Below are positions 10,970 through 18,461 of a DNA stretch of 43,336 bases, in pieces; the first letter of the stretch is position 1, and every line of letters starts with the position of its first letter. The position numbers and the translations under genes were made by a program. Below the pieces are notes generated by a model. The model was not told the DNA's origin and ran no database searches. It saw only the letters and a program-made list of their open reading frames with translations. Source of the stretch: Nitrospirota bacterium (GTDB taxonomy: Bacteria; Nitrospirota; Leptospirillia; Leptospirillales; Leptospirillaceae). The stretch is from the NCBI GenBank assembly GCA_021828525.1, contig JAJZGM010000001.1:1-43336 (forward strand), read 5' to 3'.

Positions 10970-10998
10970 TTTATACCACAATGAGGAAATAAATACAA
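10970..10998 (-). promoter_or_regulatory. Candidate strong sigma70 promoter with extended -10, upstream of rpsB
   Basis: Minus strand reads TTGTAT - 17 nt - TGgTATAAA in an AT-rich patch immediately after the argJ stop. It implies a leader of roughly 245 nt before rpsB. Pattern match only. Confidence 0.45.
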
Positions 10999-11003
10999 TC
11001 TTC

Positions 11004-12221
11004 CTAAGTTCTTCCCTTGTACCCGGCATTGATCCGGACGTAGTCGAGAGAGAGATCGGTTGTCCAGTATTCGGCTTCCATGGAGCCTTGTCCCAGCATG
11101 ACACGAAGGGTGATTTCCTTCCCTTTCATAACTTCGAGGGCCTTGTCCTCCTGGAGGGGTCCCAGACCCACACCCTTGTGAACCAGGGCTACAGGGCCCA
11201 TAAAAATATCGATCCGTTCCTCGAAGACCCTGACCCCGGAATTGCCGATTGCGACCATGATCCTTCCCCAGTTGACATCCTCGCCGAAGAAGGCTGTCTT
11301 GACGAGAAGTGAGCGGGATATGGACTGGGCCACCCTCCGCGCATCACCCCGGGATCGGGCCCCCGAAACCTGGATCCTGATGATCTTTGTGACGCCCTCC
11401 CCGTCCCTGACAAGCTGGTCCCGGAGGGATTCGCACACGGAGAGAACAAGCGGGTAAAACTCCTGGAACTCGGGGGAATTTCTGGTGACTCGCGAATTTT
11501 CGGCCAGACCGCTCGCCAGGATCAGGGCCGTATCATTGGTGCTCGTATCTCCGTCGACCGTCAGGGCATTGAAGGTCTTTTCCGAAGCCTGGACCAGGGC
11601 GTTTCTGAGGGCCTCCTTGTCCGCACAGGCGTCTGTCGTCAGAAACACGAGAAGAGTCGCCATCTGGGGATGGATCATTCCCACTCCCTTGGCGATCCCC
11701 CCGACCCTGACAGTCCGTCCACCGACAATCCCTTCGGTCTGGGCCGATTTTGATCGCGTGTCGGTCGTCATGATTGCCTGGGCGCAGGCTTCATGGCCGA
11801 AAGGACTGGCCTGTTTGACCAGGACGGGCAGAGAGGCCAGAATCGCCTCCATATTGAGCGGGCGACCGATCACTCCTGTCGACGCCATAAGGATCTTTCT
11901 GGGATCGCATCCCAGATGGCCCGAGAGCTTTTCCGAAATCAGGAAGGCATCCTTCTCGCCCTGCTCCCCGTTACAGGCATTGGCATTTCCGCTGTTGACG
12001 AGGATCGCCCGGACCCCTGCCCCCCGGACCCGGCGCTGGGTGATTCTGACAGCCGGAGCCTTGATCTGGTTTGTTGTGAAGACCCCGGCGGCCAGGCATT
12101 CCGTTTCGCAAAGGATCAGGGCGAGATCCGGCTTGCCGTTCTTTTTCACACCGGAATAGAGGCCTCCAGCGGCAAATCCCTTCGGAAAGGTGATTCCCCC
12201 CTCCATTTTTTTTCTGGACAT
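11004..12221 (-). CDS. argJ: Bifunctional ornithine acetyltransferase / N-acetylglutamate synthase
   Basis: 405 aa. ITFPKGF near the N-terminus, autoprocessing-site region HPQMATLLVFLTTDA, and a C-terminal NAGYKGRT-type end, all typical of ArgJ. Confidence 0.95.
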   Translation of the reverse strand: MSRKKMEGGITFPKGFAAGGLYSGVKKNGKPDLALILCETECLAAGVFTTNQIKAPAVRITQRRVRGAGVRAILVNSGNANACNGEQGEKDAFLISEKLSGHLGCDPRKILMASTGVIGRPLNMEAILASLPVLVKQASPFGHEACAQAIMTTDTRSKSAQTEGIVGGRTVRVGGIAKGVGMIHPQMATLLVFLTTDACADKEALRNALVQASEKTFNALTVDGDTSTNDTALILASGLAENSRVTRNSPEFQEFYPLVLSVCESLRDQLVRDGEGVTKIIRIQVSGARSRGDARRVAQSISRSLLVKTAFFGEDVNWGRIMVAIGNSGVRVFEERIDIFMGPVALVHKGVGLGPLQEDKALEVMKGKEITLRVMLGQGSMEAEYWTTDLSLDYVRINAGYKGRT

Positions 12222-12253
12222 GACGTCTTTCCCATGATGGTTTGTATTGAAGC

Positions 12254-13300
12254 CTAGGGAAAAAGGGCTTCCTGCCTCAGTCCATCCGTTTCATTAAGTC
12301 CAAAGATGCGGTTCATCGACTGGATGGCCTGACCGGCGGCTCCCCGGACGAGATTGTCGATGGCCGTCAGGACGACAAGACGATCTTCCTGGATCCTGGC
12401 GTGAATGTGGACATTGTTGGTGCCCCGGACGCTCATCGTATTGGGAGGAGAGGCCACCCTTCTCACAAAAGGACTGTCCCGGTAGCTTTCATCAATCATC
12501 CGGTCCGCCTCCTCCTGGGAACAGGGACCCTCCGTCACCATGTAGATCGTCGAGAGAATGCCGCGGTTGAACGGCAAGAGGTGGGGAACAAAGGTGACCC
12601 TTCCCCCTCCCATTCCTTCCATGGCCTGCTCCATCTCGGGAACATGCCTGTGGTCGAGGAGCTTGTAGGCGAGAACACCTTCTGAAATTTCGGGGAAGTG
12701 CGTCTCCAGGGTAAGCCCCCTTCCGGCGCCCGTGATCCCTGACTTTCCGTCGACAAAAATCATGTCCCTTTTGATCCGTCCGCGATGGAGAAAGGGAAGA
12801 ATTCCCAGGAGTGCTCCTGTGGGAAAGCACCCCGGGCAGGAGACGAGACTGCCTTTGCCTAGGGAGTTTCCTGCCCATTCGGGAAGAGCATAGACCGCCC
12901 GGGAGAGACCTTCCGGAAACATGTGGTCAATTCCATAGACCTTCCGGTAGAGGGCCGGATCCCGAAGACGATAGTCCGGCCCCAGATCGATGACAACCGT
13001 CCCCTGTTCAAGGTATCGCGGAACAAGCCTGAAACTCTGCCCGGCAGGGAGGGCAAAGAACACGATATCCACATCGGTCCAGAGGGGAGATTCCGAGGCC
13101 TTTTCCAGAATGGCGGAAGAATTTAGATGGGGATAAAGATCCCCGACAGAAACTCCAGCCCTGGACTCCCCCGCCAGGCGGACGACCTCCGTTGCCGGAT
13201 GCGATGCCAGGAGACGGACAAGTTCTGCTCCGGCATACCCCGAGGCGCCGACAATTCCGGCGCGAATCTTTGTCCCTTGCTGGGCCATTTCTTTCGTCAT
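12254..13300 (-). CDS. argC: N-acetyl-gamma-glutamyl-phosphate reductase
   Basis: 348 aa. NAD-binding GIVGASGYAGAELVRLL and active-site region SCPGCFPTG. GGAGAG lies just before ATG 13300. Confidence 0.95.
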   Translation of the reverse strand: MTKEMAQQGTKIRAGIVGASGYAGAELVRLLASHPATEVVRLAGESRAGVSVGDLYPHLNSSAILEKASESPLWTDVDIVFFALPAGQSFRLVPRYLEQGTVVIDLGPDYRLRDPALYRKVYGIDHMFPEGLSRAVYALPEWAGNSLGKGSLVSCPGCFPTGALLGILPFLHRGRIKRDMIFVDGKSGITGAGRGLTLETHFPEISEGVLAYKLLDHRHVPEMEQAMEGMGGGRVTFVPHLLPFNRGILSTIYMVTEGPCSQEEADRMIDESYRDSPFVRRVASPPNTMSVRGTNNVHIHARIQEDRLVVLTAIDNLVRGAAGQAIQSMNRIFGLNETDGLRQEALFP

Positions 13301-13320
13301 TTCTCTCCAATTTCAGCACG

Positions 13321-13346
13321 AAAAAAGGGGAGACCGAGGTCTCCCC
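13321..13346 (-). terminator. Rho-independent terminator after rpsI
   Basis: Minus strand reads GGGGAGAC-CTCG-GTCTCCCC followed by TTTTTT: a perfect 8-bp GC-rich stem, a tetraloop and a T6 tract. It sits 25 nt after the rpsI stop and 20 nt before the argC ATG. Confidence 0.85.
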
Positions 13347-13371
13347 TTCATATCGGGACACACTCCAGAGA

Positions 13372-13779
13372 TTAGCGCTTGGAAAACTGGAAACGCTTTC
13401 TGGCCCCCTTTTGGCCGAATTTTTTCCTTTCCTTGACCCTGGCGTCCCGGGTCAGGAAGCCTTCCTTTTTCAGGGACTCCCGGAATTCCGGATTTATTTC
13501 GAGCAAAGCCCGGGAAATTCCATGCCGGATGGCTTCGGCCTGTCCGGTCAACCCGCCTCCGGTGACCTTGGCGAAGACATCGAGTTTCCCGACCATATTC
13601 GTAAGCTCGATGGGAGCCTTCACCTGGGTGGTCCACAGGGTCCTCGGGAAGTATTCCTCGAGGGGCCTGTCATTGACCTGGATCAGACCTGTACCGCTCT
13701 GGACCCGCACACGGGCGATGGCAGTCTTGCGCTTTCCGGTCGCAGAACCCCGTCCATCCTCATTCGGTTCTCTCTCCAT
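13372..13779 (-). CDS. rpsI: 30S ribosomal protein S9
   Basis: [12 protein letters not shown]...[19 protein letters not shown]...[27 protein letters not shown] at 13779 overlaps the rplM stop (ATGA). Confidence 0.97.
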   Translation of the reverse strand: MEREPNEDGRGSATGKRKTAIARVRVQSGTGLIQVNDRPLEEYFPRTLWTTQVKAPIELTNMVGKLDVFAKVTGGGLTGQAEAIRHGISRALLEINPEFRESLKKEGFLTRDARVKERKKFGQKGARKRFQFSKR

Positions 13780-14225
13780 CAACGACCTCCTAATGCGTAG
13801 ACTTCGGGATTCTGGGCCTGATGTGGGTGCGATTCCTCAGCATAGACCTTGAGGCGGCTCATGAACTGGTTGGAGAGCTTGTTTTTGGGAAGCATTCCCT
13901 TCACGGCGTGAATGACCAGATGCTCAGGATTCCGGGAGCGGACTTCCTTTGCGGTCGCAGACTTGAAACCTCCGGGATAGCCGCTGTGCCGGTAATACAT
14001 TTTCTGGCTCCACTTTTTTCCTGTGAAGGCCACCTTGGCCGCATTGATCACGATGACAAAATCCCCTGCATCCTGATGCGGAGTAAAGAAAACCTTGTTC
14101 TTGCCCCGCAGAAGAAGCGCGACGGCCGTGGAGAGCCTCCCGACGGTCTGACCGTCGGCATCCACGACATACCACTTTTTCTGGGAGAGTTCTTCAGCGG
14201 TTGCGATTCGTGTCACTTTTTCCAT
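13779..14225 (-). CDS. rplM: 50S ribosomal protein L13
   Basis: 148 aa, [29 protein letters not shown]...[10 protein letters not shown]... is canonical L13. Confidence 0.97.
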   Translation of the reverse strand: MEKVTRIATAEELSQKKWYVVDADGQTVGRLSTAVALLLRGKNKVFFTPHQDAGDFVIVINAAKVAFTGKKWSQKMYYRHSGYPGGFKSATAKEVRSRNPEHLVIHAVKGMLPKNKLSNQFMSRLKVYAEESHPHQAQNPEVYALGGR

Positions 14226-14258
14226 TGCCTGAAAATCTCCTTCAGATTCGGGTCGGCC

Positions 14259-16136
14259 TCAGGAGGTCATCTGGACCATAACCGGCTTGATCTCCTCCGC
14301 CATCGACGGGGAAGTCCTGATTCCGGCGATCGTCTCCTTGTAGGCTCGATGAACCCTGTCCAGATCCTGTGTAAAAAATGCTCCCAATTGGGCCAGCGAG
14401 GAGTAAAGGGAGCCATCCTGCTTGTCGAGGAACAGGGAGACGGCTGTCGGAGCCGATTGCTTGTGCTGGGCCAGCCACTGCTTCAGACTCTCGATTTTCT
14501 GGAAAAACTCTTCCTCTCCCTGACGCGCCCGCTCCATCACCGGCAACACGATACAGTCCACCTTCCCGCGAATCCTGGAAAGGGCCGTCGGATCATCCCC
14601 ATCGGCCAAAGATTCGGAAAAGGGAACCACTGAACTGCCAAGTCTTGCGAAAAAGGCGACAAGACCTGAACCCAGCTCCGAGTCAAGAATGAATCTCGGA
14701 ACGCCCACACGGTTCGTGCGTGGATTTCTGGAGGAGGATTCGATCCCCTCCTCCGCTTTTTCAAAGACCGTCGACCGGAGTCCCTCAAGGAATCCCTGAT
14801 TCTCCCGGCGCCAGTTCTTCAAAAGATGTTTCGCCCCAAACTGGATCAATGTCGAATAGTAGTCCCGCCTCATGGCGCTTCGGGATATATTTTTCCAGGA
14901 ATAGAAATCTTCCATCGCCCCGATCGCAGCCTCGTTCAATTCGTAGGCGGTCATATTCTTCGGACGGTAGACGGCATGATGTCCGTCATAAAGGCTCCAG
15001 TCCTTGTAAAGAAGCTCCCGGTTTCCCGTGGCATAAAAATGGTCGAAATCGGGAGAGCCTGGCAGCGGAGTGAGGATCATCAGCTGAATGGACTGAAGCT
15101 GCCACTCCTGGGCGAGGCGGGCCGTTTCGTAGATCGTATTCTTGTCGTCGGTGTCGGCGCCGACCACGAACATACCGTGAATCCTGATGCCGGCCTTGTT
15201 GAAGGCCTCGACGGACCGGACAATTTTTTCGTAGGTCTGCCGCTTGTTGAACAGATCGAGTGTCTGGGGATTGATCGACTCGAACCCGATAAAGACATTG
15301 AAGCAGTTGCTGGCCTTCATGAGCTCGAGCAGTTCGGGATCGAAGGCGGTTTCCGTCCTGATCTGGGCTCCCCATTCTGGGGTCAGCCCCTCTTCGATCA
15401 TCCTTTTGAGGAGATCCTTGGTCCTTTTCCTGTTGGCTGTAAAAAGGTCGTCCGCGAAAAAGACATATTTCGGATTGTTGACCCGGATTTCCTCAATGAC
15501 CCTCTCGATGGAATGCATCCTGAATCCATGGCCGTACATACCCGGAACGGAACAAAAAGTGCAGGTAAACGGACATCCGCGGGAGGTGGCAATGGAAATC
15601 AGGCCCCTCTTCTGGGTGTTCCAACCCTCCACCAGGCCGTAATCGGGGATGGGATTCGAGTCAAGGTCCTCCTTGAGTGGCCGGTCCGGATTATGGAGCT
15701 TCCGGGAGCCCTTCCAGTAGGAGAGACCAAGGATCTTCTCCATATCGCCACGGCCTTCCATGGCATCGATCAGCTCGAAGAGTGTTTCCTCGCCCTCTCC
15801 CCGCACGACATAATCCGCGTAATCGAGAGCCTCGTCCGGAAGAAATGTGACATGCGTGCCCCCGATAACGACGGGAATCCCCGCCTTGCGGACAGTCTCT
15901 GCCAGACGGTAAGACTGGGGAGCCGTGGAAGTGAGCGTTGAAATCCCTACAATGTCTGCAGAAAGCACTTCCTTCATGTCAACGGGCGCCACATCCTCGA
16001 TGTAGACCCTGACATCCCACCCCCGGTCTCTCAGCATGGTTCCAAGCAGAATGACGCCAAGTCTGGGAATGGTGAATGAACTATAGACATGGAGATGAGT
16101 TGACTTTGGCTCGACAAGCACAAATTTCTTTGCCAT
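14259..16136 (-). CDS. B12-binding-domain radical SAM protein with an unassigned C-terminal domain of roughly 170 aa
   Basis: 625 aa. N-terminal Rossmann-like cobalamin-binding-type domain (DIVGISTLTSTAPQSYRLAE...IPVVIGGTHVT) and the radical SAM cluster motif SRGCPFTCTFCSV (CxxxCxxC). The C-terminal part (about 14262-14774) has no motif I recognise. Confidence 0.85.
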   Translation of the reverse strand: MAKKFVLVEPKSTHLHVYSSFTIPRLGVILLGTMLRDRGWDVRVYIEDVAPVDMKEVLSADIVGISTLTSTAPQSYRLAETVRKAGIPVVIGGTHVTFLPDEALDYADYVVRGEGEETLFELIDAMEGRGDMEKILGLSYWKGSRKLHNPDRPLKEDLDSNPIPDYGLVEGWNTQKRGLISIATSRGCPFTCTFCSVPGMYGHGFRMHSIERVIEEIRVNNPKYVFFADDLFTANRKRTKDLLKRMIEEGLTPEWGAQIRTETAFDPELLELMKASNCFNVFIGFESINPQTLDLFNKRQTYEKIVRSVEAFNKAGIRIHGMFVVGADTDDKNTIYETARLAQEWQLQSIQLMILTPLPGSPDFDHFYATGNRELLYKDWSLYDGHHAVYRPKNMTAYELNEAAIGAMEDFYSWKNISRSAMRRDYYSTLIQFGAKHLLKNWRRENQGFLEGLRSTVFEKAEEGIESSSRNPRTNRVGVPRFILDSELGSGLVAFFARLGSSVVPFSESLADGDDPTALSRIRGKVDCIVLPVMERARQGEEEFFQKIESLKQWLAQHKQSAPTAVSLFLDKQDGSLYSSLAQLGAFFTQDLDRVHRAYKETIAGIRTSPSMAEEIKPVMVQMTS

Positions 16137-16143
16137 TACACTG

Positions 16144-16187
16144 CCCCCTTCAGGGGGCCTCCCTGCCAGAATGCGCAGGGAGGGGCC
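16144..16187 (-). promoter_or_regulatory. Two adjacent GC-rich stem-loops in the ferredoxin/radical SAM spacer
   Basis: Plus strand reads CCCCC-TTCA-GGGGG (16144-16157), then CCTCCCTG-10 nt-CAGGGAGG (16158-16183). On the mRNA the first hairpin contains the only purine-rich SD-like element (GAAGGGGG) before the radical SAM ATG. There is no T tract, so this is not a canonical terminator. Confidence 0.35.
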
Positions 16188-16190
16188 CCG

Positions 16191-16445
16191 TTATCCGTTC
16201 GGATGAATCCGATCTTTCTTCGCAAGAAGCTGTTCTTTTGTTTCGACATAATTCGGATCCGGTATGCAACATTCATCGATGGGACAGACTGCGGCACACT
16301 GGGGCTCATCGTGGAACCCTATGCATTCCGTGCAGAGATCCGGATCGATCACGTAGATAGGATCCCCTTCGCTGATAGCGTCATTCGGACACTCCGGAAG
16401 GCAGGCTCCGCAGGAGATACAATTATCGGCAATCAAAATAGACAT
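16191..16445 (-). CDS. 2x[4Fe-4S] ferredoxin, YfhL-like
   Basis: MSILIADNCISCGACLPECPNDAISEGDPIYVIDPDLCTECIGFHDEPQCAAVCPIDECCIPDP shows two Cys clusters in the YfhL arrangement. ATG at 16445 has AAGGAGG 6 nt upstream. Confidence 0.85.
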   Translation of the reverse strand: MSILIADNCISCGACLPECPNDAISEGDPIYVIDPDLCTECIGFHDEPQCAAVCPIDECCIPDPNYVETKEQLLAKKDRIHPNG

Positions 16446-16546
16446 CCAGGCCTCCTTGACCATTTCCTTAGCTTGCAATCAAACGCCTCAGGCCAGCGCC
16501 TGGGCACTCTCCATTATCCGGGTCCACAGAAAACCGGACATCTTCC

Positions 16547-16576
16547 AAAAAGGCCCTCTTACATGGAAAAGAGGCC
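16547..16576 (-). terminator. Probable Rho-independent terminator after the polytopic membrane protein gene
   Basis: Minus strand reads GGCCTCTT-loop-AAGAGGGCC (8 bp with a one-base bulge) followed by TTTTT. Confidence 0.55.
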
Positions 16577-16617
16577 GAGGTTACTACAAGATCCTTATTC
16601 TATCGGCAAGCCATCCC

Positions 16618-16635
16618 ACAAATCAACTGATTTGT
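16618..16635. repeat. Perfect 8-2-8 inverted repeat ACAAATCA-AC-TGATTTGT
   Basis: Read directly from the sequence, in an AT-rich spacer between the membrane-protein stop (16683) and the terminator at 16547-16576. Confidence 0.6.
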
Positions 16636-16682
16636 TCAGAATTTCACAGCGGCCACATTTTAGGTGCGGCCCCCTTCCGACA

Positions 16683-17522
16683 TCATATCAGAATCCCAAG
16701 ATTCAGGAAGAGGAACCGGGAAAAGGCCTCTCCGAAGAGGATCATGAGAAGCGCCACATAGAGCAGTCCCGTGGCGGCCTGGGTCGAATGCATCCGGACG
16801 GTGCGGTACGCCAGTATGGAGATCACCAGTCCCCCGATCACCCCGACGAGAAGTCTTCCCCAGAGGTAGAGCCCCTGGAAAGACTCCAGGAGAAGCCCTT
16901 CGGCAAAACCAGGCCGTCCCTGCCAGTCCATCCACGTCAGGACTCCCGAAAGGATGGCCGTCAGGGCGGTGCATCCAAGAAGGGCCCGGGCAAGAAAGGC
17001 CAGCGGTTCGATGGGAAGGGTGGGGTTGGTCAGGTAGAAGTGCCCCCAGTTCATGGCAAGAAGAACGGCTCCCAGGAGAAACGAAGAGACAAACATGGTC
17101 ACGAGAAGGATCAATCCCGAGACGGACAGGCTGAGGGAGGCATTCAGGATCAGGGTGGCCGTACCCGTGGCCCCCAGAAGCAGGAGGGCACAAATATTGA
17201 GGACCGGTCGTGTGATGGGACGGATCCGGTTCCAGGAGACAAAATTGACCAGGGAGTTGTATCCCACCAGCCCTGCCGTTCCCGACATCATGAGGTAGAC
17301 CGTCAGCTGGTCCAGACGGCCGGGATGAAAGGCAGGGATTCTCATTCCGGACGGGCCGAGGGCAAACAGGGCGCCTCCTGAAAAAAGGAGGAAAAGAAGG
17401 CCGTGCAACCGGTAAAAGGATCGGTTGACCGAAGGATACCGGTACAGGAAGGTCATGAGAAAGCATCCTCCGGCCGTCGCCTGCAAAAGAAGAAGTCCAA
17501 AGACATTGGGATGAAAGATCAT
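16683..17522 (-). CDS. Polytopic (about 8 TM) membrane protein of unknown function
   Basis: 279 aa and strongly hydrophobic with repeated TM-length segments. The start ATG overlaps the stop of the FolB-like gene (ATGA). I preferred it to the same-strand alternative frame 16660-17466, which is Pro/Arg/Gly-rich. Confidence 0.7.
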   Translation of the reverse strand: MIFHPNVFGLLLLQATAGGCFLMTFLYRYPSVNRSFYRLHGLLFLLFSGGALFALGPSGMRIPAFHPGRLDQLTVYLMMSGTAGLVGYNSLVNFVSWNRIRPITRPVLNICALLLLGATGTATLILNASLSLSVSGLILLVTMFVSSFLLGAVLLAMNWGHFYLTNPTLPIEPLAFLARALLGCTALTAILSGVLTWMDWQGRPGFAEGLLLESFQGLYLWGRLLVGVIGGLVISILAYRTVRMHSTQAATGLLYVALLMILFGEAFSRFLFLNLGILI

Positions 17523-17950
17523 TCTGGTCCTTCCTGTATTTTTTCGTTTCTTTTCTCCTGGCGCTTCCGGGATTTCCGGTCTTCCCAGCGGGGCCGGGTT
17601 TCCCGGACCCTAAGCCCCACCCTCCCGAGGGGGAGGGGAAGAGGGGGCGGATCCTTCCAGAGGGAGAGGGTCATCCCGGCCACTCCCGGAAAGATCCCCA
17701 TGACATGGTCGACAATGGCCTCACCCAGTCGTTCGAGCAGAAAAAACTCCGATGCCTCTCCTTTGGCGACGATTTCCCGAAGAAGGCGGTCATAGTCCAC
17801 TGTCTTGTGAATGGCGTCATTGCCCCAGGGAATCTCTGAAAGTTCGATCTCTCCCGACAGAAGAAGGCGCTGGGGACGGGACCGTTCCTCCTGTCCCGTC
17901 CCGATTCTCACATGAATTGAAAGTTGTTCAAAAAAAAGAGTCTTGGACAT
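17519..17950 (-). CDS. folB: Dihydroneopterin aldolase family protein (FolB/FolX-like) with a basic C-terminal tail
   Basis: Aligns by eye with E. coli FolB: LFFEQLSIHVRIGTGQEERSRPQRLLL vs IFIEQLSVITTIGVYDWEQTIEQKLVF, VDYDRLLREIV...FFLLERLGEAIVDHV vs LSYADIAETVV...FALVERVAEEVAELL, and LSLWKD vs IKLSKP. The conserved Glu/Tyr/Glu/Lys positions are retained. It carries an extra Lys/Arg/Glu-rich tail. Confidence 0.7.
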   Translation of the reverse strand: MSKTLFFEQLSIHVRIGTGQEERSRPQRLLLSGEIELSEIPWGNDAIHKTVDYDRLLREIVAKGEASEFFLLERLGEAIVDHVMGIFPGVAGMTLSLWKDPPPLPLPLGRVGLRVRETRPRWEDRKSRKRQEKRNEKIQEGPE

Positions 17951-17953
17951 CGT

Positions 17954-18436
17954 TTAAGGCCCGCTCCCCGAGACGGTCGGCAGTTTCCGGTCGATGAGGA
18001 TCCTGACGGGGGATCCTCCCACAGTTCCGTCCACGGGAACGGTCCCGCTGTACTCCCCGCTCGCAACCAGGGAGCTGCCTGATTCGAGGGAGAGACGAGC
18101 CACAAGCCGCACCGCCCCCTGGAAGTTAATCCCTGTGAGGCGGACATCCTTCTGGGAGATCTCGAAGGGGACGGGGAATGTCGGATGGACAAAGACAACG
18201 CGGGCGACAGGGAGCCAGTCCGGAGAGGTGGGTCCCTTCATCAGGGCCACCACAGCCAGGGACCCATGAGTCATCCAGAGGGGGACACGGGGATCGAGGA
18301 AGACAGTCCCCACCACCTTGCCGGGAACGTTTTCCCCGCCGGCGGGTGTTTTGGAACATCCTCCGGAAAAAAGGACCAGCAGGAACAGAAGGCATGACAG
18401 GAGTCTGCCGGCAGGGAAAAGGCGGGGTCTATTCAT
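17954..18436 (-). CDS. Putative lipoprotein, unknown function
   Basis: MNRPRLFPAGRLLSCLLFLLVLFSGGCSK is a signal peptide with a lipobox-like LFSGGC. ATG at 18436 was chosen because the longer ORF-track start would overlap rng. There are 3 nt between its stop and the folB-like start. Confidence 0.6.
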   Translation of the reverse strand: MNRPRLFPAGRLLSCLLFLLVLFSGGCSKTPAGGENVPGKVVGTVFLDPRVPLWMTHGSLAVVALMKGPTSPDWLPVARVVFVHPTFPVPFEISQKDVRLTGINFQGAVRLVARLSLESGSSLVASGEYSGTVPVDGTVGGSPVRILIDRKLPTVSGSGP

Positions 18437-18461
18437 AAAGTGACCTTTCGAAGGTGTCGTT

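Noticed and set aside
10702-10998. Two ORFs of about 95 aa (one per strand) in the argJ/rpsB spacer.
   Set aside because: Neither has an SD or a protein-like composition. The region is better explained as promoter plus rpsB 5' leader.
16203-17381. 392-aa plus-strand ORF, and the 268-aa minus-strand alternative frame at 16660-17466, both overlapping the polytopic membrane protein gene.
   Set aside because: Both give highly charged or Pro/Arg/Gly-rich sequences that do not look protein-like. The 16683-17522 frame gives clean TM segments and an ATGA junction with the upstream gene.
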